Assembly (NCBI RefSeq): GCF_964194155.1
Contig: NC_135902.1
Location: forward strand, 10,230,001-10,294,000
Direction of reading: 5' to 3'
From: Cetorhinus maximus
Lineage: Eukaryota
Length of the DNA stretch: 64,000 nt
Made by a program: the position numbers and the translations under genes. The notes below the pieces were generated by a model. That model did no database searches. It saw nothing but the letters and a program-made list of their open reading frames with translations, and was not told where the DNA came from. Positions 47,331 to 59,799 of this stretch are shown piece after piece (the stretch's first letter is position 1; every line of letters begins with the position of its first letter).

Positions 47331-50285
47331 AGCTATCCATGCCCCAAAGCAACTTCTTTCAGCACAAGCCTTTAAACACCAAAAAGATACTTCAGCAACA
47401 ATCAGACCATTTACTGTAGACTATTGAAACTTTAGAAAAATATAGGAAAGCTCCAAAAATGCATACAATTGAACCAGCAGCCAGAATAAATAATCCAGCC
47501 ACTAGCCTGTATGATGTTGATGTTGTTGTAGCATGTAGTATGATCCCTTTATAAAGCCTTGGTGGGGTGTCCTTCAAACCACTTAAAGCCATCTTCAACT
47601 GTGCGAGGGTAAGAGAAGGTATAGGCTGGACTGTGGCATTTGAAAATGACAGCGTTGGCATCAAATCAGTATTGTACACTGATTGATATCATAATCTGTC
47701 TTCTCTGCTGGCAGTTGTTAGCTGTACAAGCATAAGCCCATTAACAAGATGGCATATGGCCCATTTCATGTCAGAAGCGTTTGCATGTACCACAGACGCT
47801 ATTTTGGAATCTTAAGGGACTTTGTAGTGTCCAAAAATGGGTGCTGCTAAGATCAATTTTTCCCCCTGTGTGTCTCAGTGAGAATTCTTCAATCTGATTG
47901 GTTGCTGACATGTATCACAGATGACCTGCAGGGGGGATGGTGGGGGAGGCATGCTAAAAAAAAAGGATATTTGAATGCTGTAAGTTACTGCTCAAAAGCT
48001 CATGAAACCTGATGGGCAGCTATCAGCAGAATGTATGGTGAGCATTGTCCGTGGCCGCTGGCTGCAAAATCCTGGTCAATGTTGTTTGATCTCATCAAAA
48101 CAGCAGGACTAAAGCATGGAGTCCCATTGGGTTTGATATCCATCTTCACCCGTACATCTAATTCTTCATTAGTAGCATGTAACCTTCCAGAAAGTCCTAA
48201 GGAACCTCCATGCCCCTTGCTGCCCTTTATGTAGAGGGAATTGTAACTGTGCTTTCAACAACCAGAATTGTTGCCATGGGTTTTTTGGGAACCTCAGTGC
48301 TGCTCCAGCAGACCGAGTCGCCTAACAGGTGGCCTGTAGTTCTTGGCGTGCTGGGAGATGTCAGTTCCTTCAATGCAGCTGCTGTCCTGAGAGGAGATGG
48401 GGAACAAGGGGAGGGTCATTTCATCCCCTTGCAATTCTCTGGCCTCAGCACATTCCAGTGTCGAGAGAGAGAGGACTGACACTGCTTGCACTGAGACAGG
48501 GGGTGTGTGATACATCCTTGATGGAAAGATCACTCTCCTTGGCAATGAGGGAATATCTCAATAAAAACTGCCACAAATAAACTGTGGTGTCAGAATTAAA
48601 AGCAGCAGTTTGCTTGTTGCTTGGACCATGACTCACAGTCTTGGGATGGGGAAAGGACGTTTTCTAAACACAACTTATCGCCTTTTCAGCCACAAGGAGG
48701 CTCGTGAGAAACAATAGAAAAATGTTTAAATGTGAAGTTTGACCATATGTTTAATTCGGATGGGTAAGATTGTTAAATGGGAACCAATTGTCTTTCTATT
48801 TCGCTTTATTTATTGAGAACCTCATTGACAATCAACCTGGGTCTAGAAGGTTTTAATGAACTGGAATATTCTGTTATCTGTTGTACATTGAACTAGTGGA
48901 GTATCAAGAAGTAGTTGACGACCTGGAATAGCCCTTTAGCTTAATGTTTCAGTGATTTTAATACAGCAAGTAAATAATTATGTTTTATTTATAATTACAT
49001 TAAAATGGACAAGGTGTGATTGGAATTCTCAATGGACGTGTTACATTTATATCTAATAGAAAATGTACAAAAAACCCAGAAGGTACAACTGGGAGACAGT
49101 AAAGCAGAGTGAATTTCTAAAATAAATTCCTTTACAAATAACTGTCATCAAGCAATATGTTCTTAACTGTATTTGTGTCTTTTATGAAGTTAACTTTATC
49201 CTGTCTACAGATCTACTGTGAGTGGACTTCAGAACTTATCTGTTGGGTGTGAAATGGTTTGCAATTCTCCGAGTGGGTGATCTGGCATTATTTAAATACA
49301 AGTTCTTACCAATTTTTGTCGTTTGCACCACTGGTGAACTTTGAGATGATGGGGTATAGCCAGTGTTTAAAGGACACTTACTGACCAGTAAGTTTCCGCT
49401 ATCTACTTAGGTGAAAACTCACATTTAGTTTTCTGCCCCCTTCACATTGATAATGAGACTGGTCCACTACATTTGTCAGGTTTAAAGGACAATTGATTAA
49501 CAGCCTCTTGTTAGACCACCTTATTGACACAAACTAAGGATTGCAAATTTGAGCTGATAACTAAGAGTAAGTACATAGGTTATATTTTTCTCTTATTAAC
49601 GGCATTTTCCATGCCATTTTCTAGAACACCAATAATATCATTGATATTTATGAGATTGAAATCTCATTGGTGATAATAAAAACTGAACAGGAACCATGAA
49701 CTTTAATAGTTCTCAAGAAGCCAACAAACAAGTTCAAATGCGTAACTGTTTGGAAATCTGGTGTGCAGCACACAATTTTTGTGATGGGGGCATAATTCCA
49801 AAAAAAAATCCTAACAAGTTCATAAATATATCTCTAGTTCCTAATGACGGAAATCTGACTTTTGTCCACAACAGTGGTTTAAACCGTTAAAGAAATGCTG
49901 TTCCAGAAACACCCAAACCATTGACATAAAAAGTGGACATTATAACTGAGAATCATTTTTTAAAATTCTGTCCTGGAATGCACTGCCTGAATAAGTGGTA
50001 GAAGTCGATTCTACAATAACTTTCAAAATGGAATTGGACAATATTTGAAAGGCAAAATTTTACAGTACTTGGTGAAAGGAAAGTTGGCCTGATTGGATAG
50101 CACTTTCAAAAAGCTGGTAGAAACATAATGCACTAACTAGCCTCCTCCTGTGCTGCATCATTCTATGACTGTATGGCCACAAAATTTATATGACCCAAAA
50201 ACAGACACAGGGAGCAAGTTGTGCAATTATTCTATGCCTGTTCTTTTCGATGCAAGCAGCACGCAAACCTGGTGCTGCCAGCTTA

Positions 50286-51208
50286 GGACATAAAAATATA
50301 AGAAATAGCAGCAGGAGTAGAGCATATGGCCCCTCGAGCCTGTTTCACCACTCAGTATGATCTTGGCTGATCTGCATCAACTCGACTTTCCTACTCCCTC
50401 TCCATATCCCTTGATTCCCTGATGGATCAAAAACCTATTTATCCCAGTCTTGAATATTTTCAAAGATGGAGCTTCCACAACCCTCTGGGGTAGAGAATTC
50501 AAAGGTTCACAACCCTCTGAGTGAATAACTTTCTCAGCTAAGTCCTAAATAATTGAAGCCTTATCTGCAACTGTGCCCTTGTGTTCTAGGTTCCCCATCA
50601 TGGGGAAACACCCTCCCGGTATCTACTCTATCAAGCCTTTTCAGAACCTTGTATGTTCCAGTGAGATCCTCTAAACTGCAGAGAGTATAGGAACATAGGA
50701 AAAAGGAGAAGGAGTAGACCATTTGGCTTCTCGAGTCTGCTCTCTCATTCAGTTAGATCATGGCTGATCTTCCACCTCAACACCATTTTCCCGCACTAAT
50801 CCTATATCGCTTGATATCTGTAATATATCTAGACCTTCATGACATAGATGTCTAGAAATCTATGGGTCGTTGTCTTGAACATACTCAATGACTGAGCCTC
50901 CACAGCTCTCTGAGTGGAGAATTCCAAAGATTTACAACCTTCTGAGTGAAGAAATTCCTCGTCATTTCAGTCCTAAATGGCCTACCTCTTATTCTGAGGC
51001 TGTGCCCCATGGTTCTAGACACCCCCAGCCAGGGGAAACATCCCTCCTGCATCTACATTGTTGAGCTCTGTAAGGATTTTGTATGTTTCAGTGGGGTCAC
51101 CTTTCATTCTTCTAAACTGTAGAGAATACAAGCCCAGTCTCCTCACTTTCTCCTCATTGGACAATCCCACCATCCCAGGAATCAGTCTGGTGAACCTTCG
51201 TTGCACCA
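50286..51208 (-). mobile_element. Two tandem CR1 3' fragments nested in Harbinger 2
   Basis: VQRRFTRLIPGMVGLS...ETYKILTEL, with two separate 3' UTRs at about 50290 and 50690. Confidence 0.85.
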
Positions 51209-51399
51209 TTTGAATGATTGTAGCATGCAGACAGTGCTAAGATGCTGTAGACTGGCTGCACACCTGAGCGGGGGCCACAAAACTGTGAGAGGCTGGCATG
51301 AGTTTGAGCTAAGCTACACTACTTAAAATCAGCCTGCACCTTGTAAAGGGGAGAGGTGCATTTTGGCTCGAGCGGGTGCTGGAATGCATTATAAAAGTG

Positions 51400-53923
51400 A
51401 GTTTGACCTGGCAAGGATACCAGAAATGCACAACAAGGCAGAGATTTTCTGATGCTGCATTGAAGGCCTGTGTCAAAGTGCAGAAGAGAAGACATGTCAT
51501 CTGTTCACACGAGGGCAGGAAGTCCTCTAGACAAACTCTCAGAAGGCAGAGGAAGCTGATAGCCATGGCAGTCAATGACAGGAATCTAGTCCTGAAGACC
51601 TGGATGCACTGCTGAAACAAGTTCAATGACCTCACATGAGTGGTTAAGGTCAATGAATGCATCTCCAATACAGCATCCTAGGCTTTATTAATGGGGCCTT
51701 AGAGTACAAGAGCGAGGAGGTTATGTTGAATTTGTATAAGGCACTACTTTAGCCTCAGCTGGAGTATTGTATCCAGTTCTGGGCATTGAAATTTAGGAAG
51801 GATGCGAAGGCGTTGGAGAGAGCGCAGAAAAGATTCACAGGAATGGTTCCAGGGATGAGGAACTTTAATTACAAAGATAGATTGGAAGCAGGTAGGGCTG
51901 TTTTCCTGAAGAAGAGAAGGCTGAGAGGAAATTTGATAAGGGTGTTCAAGTTAATGAGGGGTCTGGGCAGAGTAGATAGAGAGAAACGGTTCCCACTCAT
52001 GAAAGGATCAAGAACGAGAGGCCACAGATTTAAAGTAACTGACAAAAGAAGCAAAAGCAACATAAGGTAAATTTTTCTTGCAGCGAGTGGTTAAGGTCTG
52101 GAATACACTGCCTGTGAGTGTGGTAGCAGCAGGTTCAATAGAAGCATTCAAAAGGGAATTAGATTGTTATCTGAAAAGGAAAAACGTGCAGGGTTACAGG
52201 GAGAAGGCAGGGGAATGGCACTAAGGGAAGTGTTCATTTGGAGAGCCAGTACAGACATGATGGACTGAATGGCCTCCTTCTGTGCGGCAACAATTCTGTG
52301 ATTCAAATACATGTCCCACCAGCTGAATCACAAACCTCACAGGCTGCTTAATGCACAACACCCCCATCACTCACCTATCAATCACAACTCATAACTCAGA
52401 TTCATAGCTTCACTTCACTCACACACTTAGCACTGCTGCAAGTGTCACACCCACATCTCAATTTGCAAACACTACCAGCTATTCAATCATGATAACTACA
52501 CCATCCAAACACATTTCAATACACTCAATGAATCATTTCTTTCTCTCTTGCAGGACAGCGTTGCATATAACAGGAGGTAGCATCACCTAACCAACAGGGC
52601 AGAGGCATGGCTACATGTACTTAACCACACGGAGGAGGCAGTGGTTGCAATCATTGGAATGGCCTTGGCTAGCGGCAGGTCTGATATCATTGAAGATGAT
52701 TATATACTCAACCCTAATCCTCCTTTTCACATCCCACTTCCCCCTCATCCCACAATCTCTTCTGATTTACAAGTTGCAGATGGTCCAAGCATACATCTGT
52801 TGCTTCCTTTCCATTCTTCATGTAGGGTACATAGAATTGATGTCTGACCTTTGTATGCATGCTGAAATGGAAGCCGCATGTGATTAAACTTACCACTTTT
52901 AATTGAGTATTATTAATTTGAACAACTATATTCTTGTGTCTTTCTTCTTTCAGATTGCCAAAATGTAACCTGGCCAGGTGAGAAAGAGCTGGAAATTAGT
53001 GAAGATGAAGGAACACCATCATTGGCTCTCACACCCGTAGCCATCAGCTCAGAGACTGAAACTGGATATACTTTAGAGGATAGCTTTGAGGCAGGATCTG
53101 CATGTGATGAAGCAGGAGTAGGCTGCAGCCATGGCAAGGGATATGTACTTAACTGCTTAAAAGGACTCAGATGAAAACTTTGATGCACCACGTATGGAAG
53201 AAGGCTAATTAACTGCTTGATGCATTGTGAAACCTAGCAGAAAGCTTGCAGTCAACGATAAGGGGGATGGAGGATCCCGGCACCAACTTATCACAAAGTT
53301 TTGCATTGAGCTTGGAGCCCATCCTTTCTAGCATTGAGGTGGTGGCCAACACCATGAGTACACTCGCAGACCCATCCATAATGCAGTGTCTGATGGCTGA
53401 CGTCTCAGCCACCATTGCAGCACCAGCAGGAGACTGGGTACTTCTTTGGAAGCTCATTCTGAAGTCATGCAAGCTCAGTGTGCTGCCAATGCAGGATCAG
53501 CCTACTGCCTTCACAGTTGTGGATACGAGTGTTCACTGGATGTCACAGGAGTTCAGCGATCTGTCCGCCAACACATTGCTAGGATTGTTGAGATGCCACC
53601 TTGTGGGAGTGGCAGCGATTCCATGGAGCATGAACCTGCTGTCCTCTCTCAGGTTGATGGCTTTCATTCTCTCAGAACTGCCATTTCGCCGGTGCCTGTC
53701 AACCAACCAGCCCAGGCTGCTGCTGCCCATGCTGAGGCGGTGCAGTTTGAAGCCAGGCCTTCTAGACCCAGAGCTTATCAAGGTTGTCCTACAATCTCCC
53801 CCCATTGAAAGTTGGCAGCCTACAGCCAGTTATGGCGTAAGTTCCGGGGTCGCCCTGTGCAGGAGCACAGGAACAGGCAAAGGCACATGGAAGTCAGGCA
53901 CTAAAGGGAGAGTACAAGAGTGA
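51400..53923 (+). pseudogene. Harbinger Myb/SANT-like gene remnant (3 exons)
   Basis: RFSDAALKACVK...AMAVNDRNLVLKTWMHC*NKFNDL. Acceptors cttgcag| (52553) and tttcag| (52953). C-terminal ORF remnant at 53246-53923. Confidence 0.7.
51680..52305 (+). mobile_element. CR1 3' fragment
   Basis: RKDAKALERAQKRFTGMVPGM...SRTRGHRFK, ending in an ATTCTGTGATTC tail. Confidence 0.88.
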
Positions 53924-54094
53924 TTATTGACTTTTGAATGCAGTATGGGAATATTTGATTTTTACATTTGGTTGGAATGTTTGTTTTGTGGTGGCTTTTA
54001 TTTTTGCATTGTGGCTAAAAGGACAAAATGGTCAGTGACAGAGAGAAGGTAGGGTATGGGACTGTTGGTGAATGGGGAACTCTGGGTGCGTTTA

Positions 54095-55810
54095 CTGATA
54101 TTTCATTTGGATGAATGGATCATGGAAAATCCAGTTGAAAATGAGCTGTGATGATTTCATTTTCCATTCCTCTTGCTCTTTCTACTCTTCCTGTTCCTCC
54201 TTCACCTCAGCTGATCAGCATATAGCTGGTGGTAAGGACTTCCCCTTCATGATGGGGAGGTTGTTCAGCATGCAGCAGACCACAATGTGTTTCGACACTT
54301 GCTCTGCCGAGTATTGCAGGTCTCCTCCAGAATGGCAAAGGAAGCATTGCTTGAATACCCAGAGGGCTCTTTGATCGTATTTCACATGGCAGGGCTTTCA
54401 TTATATACATGCTGCCCATTCACGTGAGATTTGTGCACTGGTTGTCATGAACCATGTGGCCAGTGGATAGCCCTGTTGCTCAGCGGCCACCCTCTGGTAT
54501 GCCATGTGGCTCAAATGCAGATGCCACAATGGACAACAGCACAATGACTGCTACCAAGATACCGGGCATTGACTTGCATCATATGCTGCGTATCGTTGCA
54601 CACATGCTGGACGTTGAGAATTGGCATGCAATGCCTACAATGTGACATGCAGGCGGTCAATGGAGAAGACTTCAACCCTCACAAAGCTCTGTTCTTGCTC
54701 CACCTGATTGTCCCTGGCAGGAGAGAATGAAATATATTCAGTTCTCTTAGGATACAGAGCATCAGTGCCCTTCCTTGTCCAACAATGGATGATGAACTGA
54801 GATGTTGCAGACATCGCCTGCTTCAGCCAGATGTCCAGGGCCACCTTCACAGCCACAGTCAATGCCGCCTTGACCCTCTTCTGAGACTGCTGTTTTGGTT
54901 GCAGCAGGTGGTGATTTCAGTGAAGATCTCCTTAGTGATGCAGAGATGTCTGATGCACTGTTTCTTTCTGAGGTTCAGGAAGGGGAATTGTTCCATGAAG
55001 ACCCTAGGTGAATATGTCTCCTGCTAGAGCCCTTCCCCTACATAGAAACATAGAAAATAGGAGCAAGAGTAGGCCATTTGGCCCCTCAAGCCTGCTCTAC
55101 CATTCAGTATGATCATGGCTGATCCTCTATCTCAACGCCATACTTCCGCTCTCTCCCCATACCTCTTGACGCCTTTAGAATCTAGAAATCTATTTCCTTC
55201 TTAAATTTATTCAGTGACTTGGCCTCCACAGCCTTCTGCAGTAGAGAATTACACAGGTTCACCACCCTCTGAGTGAAGAAATTTCTCCTCATCTCAGTCC
55301 TAAATGGCCTACTCCGTATCCTGAGACTGTGACCCTTTGTTCTAAATCCCCCAGCCAGGGGAAACATCATCCCTGCATCCAGTCTGTCCAATCCTATCAG
55401 AATTGTATACATTTCAATGAGATTGCCTCTGATTCTTCTAAACTCCAGCGAATACAGGTCTAGTTAACCCAATCTCTCTTCAGACGACAATCCTGCCATC
55501 CCAGGAATCAGTCTGGTGAGCCTTTGCTGCACTCCTAGTATGGCAAGTATATCCTTTCTTAGGTATTGACCAAAACTGCACACAATCCCGCAGGTGTGGT
55601 CTCACCAAGGCCCTGTACAGCTGCAGTCAGACATCCTTGCTCCTGTATTCAAGTCTTCTTGCAATGAAGGTCAGTATACCATTTGCCTTCCTAACTGTTT
55701 CCCCTTTCTCCTCCTCCCTCTTCCAGCAATTTGTCCTGTTCTGTGTCACCACTGCTCATTTTCCCAATCACGCTGTAGGCCAAGGGGTTGCATTCTACTG
55801 CACCCATGTC
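54095..55810 (-). pseudogene. HARBI1-like transposase remnant (split by CR1)
   Basis: TVAVKVAL...SQFIIHCW.RKGTDALY and VFKQCFLCHSGGDLQYSAEQVSKHIVVCCMLNNL, with frameshifts. Confidence 0.82.
55040..55698 (-). mobile_element. CR1 3' fragment with 7-bp TSD
   Basis: RTEMRRNFFTQRVVNLCNSL. TTCCCCT at 55033-55039 and 55699-55705. Confidence 0.88.
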
Positions 55811-56469
55811 TGAAAGCAAATGGTTTATGAGGAATCCTTGAAATCAGGACAAAGTCCTACAGCAATGTGCTGCACCATTCCCTGTAGATTTCAGTAACTT
55901 CAAACAACTCTGGAAATCATGAAACATTTCTACCATTGCAGCATGAACCAATAGAAATCAATCAGCAATTAACCTGAAAGTAGTTGGTAGTCCCTTTAAA
56001 TAACACTGCTGGGGACTCCTGCCTGCTGCTGACCATGTGCTTACCTGTGTAAGGTTAAGAGAGAATGTTAGCTGGAGTGTTAAGCTCCAAAAATGACAAT
56101 GCTGGCATCAATTCAGTTTGGAGGTTGATTGACCTCACAGGCATTCTACTCTGCGTGCTGCAGATGTCTGCACCCTGCACATATCCTGATGCTCTGACCA
56201 AAATGTCATCCACATGACTCACATCAGAAGTGTGCGCATATATTGCAGATGCCATTTTGGAGGTAACATGACATCTACAACTGTGAAAAATGGGCACTGC
56301 ACATATTAATTTTGTGGCCTATGATTCTATATCAATGATGAATTGCTTGTGGTAAGAAGTACCAATTACTTATACATGCGTTTGACATTTTGTTATTGAA
56401 AGTGCTTTGTACCCATTATAGATTTTGGTGGATTGCCATTTGAACCCTTGTCCTTCCATCCTTGCAAAC

Positions 56470-58850
56470 TACCACCCCATCTCTAACCTCCCTTTGTTAC
56501 TAAAGCCTTTGAACATGCTGTTGCCTCCCAAACTGCATATTTGAATCACTCTAATTAGGCTTTTATCCCTGCCACAGTACTAAAATAACTCTTATCAATG
56601 TCACAAGTGATATCCTATGTGACTGTGACAAAGCTAAACTTTCCCTTCTTGTCCTTCTTGACCATGACATCTTCCTTCAAATGCATCCACCTGCAATGGC
56701 TTCTCTTCCCACTCCCACACCATTACCCCTGGTGTCCCCCATGAATCTATCCTTGACCCTCTCCTATTTTTCATCTGCGTGCTGCCCCATGGTGACATCA
56801 TCTGAAAACACAGTGTCAGTTTTCACGTGTATGCTAACAACACCCAGCTCTCCCTCACCACCAAGCCTTTTGTCTCCTCTACTGTTGCTAAATTATCAGG
56901 CTGCTTATCTGATATCCAGTACTGGGTGAACAGGAATTCCCTCCAATTAAGTGTTAGGAAGACCGAAGCTGTCATCTTCAGTCTCCGCCACAAACTCCAT
57001 TTCCTAACCACTTACTCCATCCCTCTCCCTAGCAACTGACTGAGGCTGACTGATATGTCAGTAAGACATGAAAGAAATCATAAGCTATGTAAACAAAACT
57101 TTATTCTTTTTGCTTATTTAGAAATGAACTTTGCTGAGCCAAAAGATGGCCACCACAAGTCACCTGATGTCTTGAATTGTAAGGTGACCACTAAGACATT
57201 ATATGGATTGCATTAGAAACATGCCCTGACATGTTGCTCGTGGAATCTCAAACCTGGGATTGTCAAGATAAATTTCAAATAGGAACTATTGAAAGGAAAT
57301 GGATATCATTTGCAACTTTATAAGCTTACCCCTCTGGCAGACTCTGAATGTCTACCAAGACAACAGCCACCCAGAACAGGGCCATTAATACTCTTTTAGA
57401 GGCTAATGACTGGGACATTATAAGCCATAAAGCAAGAGCCAGGTCCAGACACCAGATAAACATCCCTTCATGAAATCATTGTGGAGTAACAAGGTCACAT
57501 GATTCAAGTGCCCATTTTGAAATCTCTTTGTACAATTGAGAACTCAGAGGCAGGCCAGTCTGCTGATGTATCACCAACCTGCCAGCATTCAACAGCAGGA
57601 AGCCAGGCTGACCAAGCAGCCTGCAACAAGCCCTCCTTGAAGCCTGTTTATCTGAAAGCCACTGGCCACTGCCTGTCAAGCAGACCAAATCTCTGAATAT
57701 CGATTTCATTTCACTGTGGCACCATAGTCTTAAAGGTATTCTGCACTTCTGCCTTCAGCCAGGAACCCGCCTGAATTGAGACTTGCCTGCAATGGAATCC
57801 CCTCTGAATTTGAACTCTCTGGACTTTGGAAATAATGTGAGCTGATAGCTGTTTCTGTGGTTCTTTTTTTTCCCCGTTAATTTATTCATTGTGGTAAAAC
57901 CCTCTTTTTTTCTATCTCCCTTACTTTATACGTGTGTGTGTGTGTGTATGTGAAGTTGCGATCATCCCCCAGGTTTGAATGTGTGAATAAACTAAACTTC
58001 CGATTTGATCCTAACAGAGTTTTCTGTGAGTTACTTTAAATATTGACTACATAAACCAAGGGTTTTTGGAATAAGTGCCACAGCCTATTTTAAAACAAAA
58101 AAGACCTCTGCTTACGGACAGATGGTGAAAGAACAAAGTTCAGTTTTGCTCCTCTTCCCTGTACGTAACACTGAACCAAATTGTTCCTTCATGCCATATT
58201 TAACTGCAAGATGAGCCTCCGACCACATATCCACAGCATCAGTAAGAACGCCTATTTCTACCTCTATGATATCAGCTGACTCAGTTCATCTGCTGATGAA
58301 ACCCTCATCTGTTGCCTTTGTTACCTCTAGACTTGGCTATTCCAGTACACTCCAGGCTGGTCTCCCACATTTTGCTCTCCATAAATCTGAGGTCATCCAA
58401 AATTCTGTTGCCCCATGTCCTTACACCAAATCCTGTTCACCTATCATCCCTGTGCTCACTGATCTACATTGGCTCCTGGTTAAGCAATGACTCGATTTTA
58501 AAATTCTCATCCTTGTTTTCAAATCCCTCCATGGTCTCAGTCCTTCCTATCTCTGTAACCTCCTCTCCTCACAACTGTCAGATATATCTGTTCATCACAT
58601 TCTGGCCTCTTGAACATCCTTAATTTTAATCACTCCACCATGAGCAGCCGTGCCTTCAGTTGCCAAGACACTAAACACTGAAGTTTTCTCCCTATGCCTC
58701 TCTGCATCTTTTTGCCTCTTTCCTCCTTTAAGATGCTTTTTAAAACACAGCAATTCGATTAAGCTTTAGTTCATCTGCCCTTATTATCTCCTTCAGTAAT
58801 TTGATGTCAACTATTGCTTTACAATGCTCCTGTGAAGCACCCTGGGACTT
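56470..58850 (+). mobile_element. L2-like LINE interrupted by a solo LTR
   Basis: YANNTQL...CLSDIQYWVNRNSLQLSVRKTEAVIF (56827) resumes as AFVTSRLGYSSTLQAGLP...LTDLHWL (58266). Confidence 0.82.
57051..58170 (+). mobile_element. Solo LTR (1120 bp)
   Basis: TG...CA termini with imperfect inverted ends TGATATG / CGTAACA. 5-bp TSD CTGAC / CTGAA. AATAAA at 57986. The host L2 resumes across it. Confidence 0.72.
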
Positions 58851-59799
58851 GAACTTGTTAATCAGGCCATGCATTGCTGTGGTCTCAGTATTGGGACCAA
58901 CTCATGATTTACCAAGCCGCTCTTTTCTCAAAAGATATTTCTCTCCTTATTGGATTTCACAAGTTTGTACCAAGTCTGCAGAAAATGAGTCACCACAGCC
59001 AAAACCAATTTGTGGGCTGCCTTAATCTAGCCATCAGACTGGAACAGTATCTTCTTTCAGACAATCCTGGCACATTGCTGGAGCATTCTGAAAGCGTGAC
59101 AAATTTATCTTCTCCGGGGAAGGAAGAATGAAACAAAGATTGTGTCCCTGAGGGCATGAATGGATTCTTCCTAATTTAGTTATTCATTCTACACTGAAAA
59201 CCCAGCATATTACCCCTTTTTGGAGTAATTTGCAATTCTAATTTTGTTCATTCTGCATTGAACTGAGTATATTATTTGGAATTCACTAACCATTAATACA
59301 TGTTAGCGGTGAAAATTGTTTTTATTTACGATGTGAGTGAAACCTATTTTCATGAGACATAAATGGATCAGCTGCCAGAAATGCAGACGTGCACAATTTT
59401 GTGATGCTTATAAGAAACTTTTGCTAATGATATCCTCAAATATCAGCCAATGATCAGTTGCCTCTAATAATGATTTGGCGTTTCTCAAATAGGTGAATCT
59501 TGATTAATGCCCTAAACGTAATCTAGTTTTGCTACTACACAGCTTTTCATATTAAATAACTCGATGGCCTAGAATTTGAGTGAAAAGTGCACATACAGCT
59601 GCTGAATACTTTTAGCAGGTTTTTGTGTGACAAGTTTCAGCAACTAGAGATCCACTTCAGTGTGGATTTGGGACCTGTGTGAATAAGGCAATTTTAAAAA
59701 ATTCTTTCACAGGATGTGGGAGTTGCTGGCCAGGACAGCATTTGTTCCCCATCCTTAATTGCCCTTAAGAAAGTGGTGGTGAGCCGCCATCTTCAACCT

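Larger units (their letters stand above)
42346..47866. mobile_element. Decayed Harbinger/PIF transposon 1 (left end missing)
   Basis: Plus-strand spliced Myb/SANT remnants and a minus-strand transposase remnant, collinear with 50175-56319. Right end AATTTTTCCCCC. Confidence 0.75.
50175..56319. mobile_element. Full-length decayed Harbinger/PIF transposon 2
   Basis: 18-bp TIRs GGCCACAAAATT(T/A)ATATG with 3-bp TSD TAT on both sides. Convergent Myb/SANT (+) and transposase (-) remnants. Confidence 0.88.
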
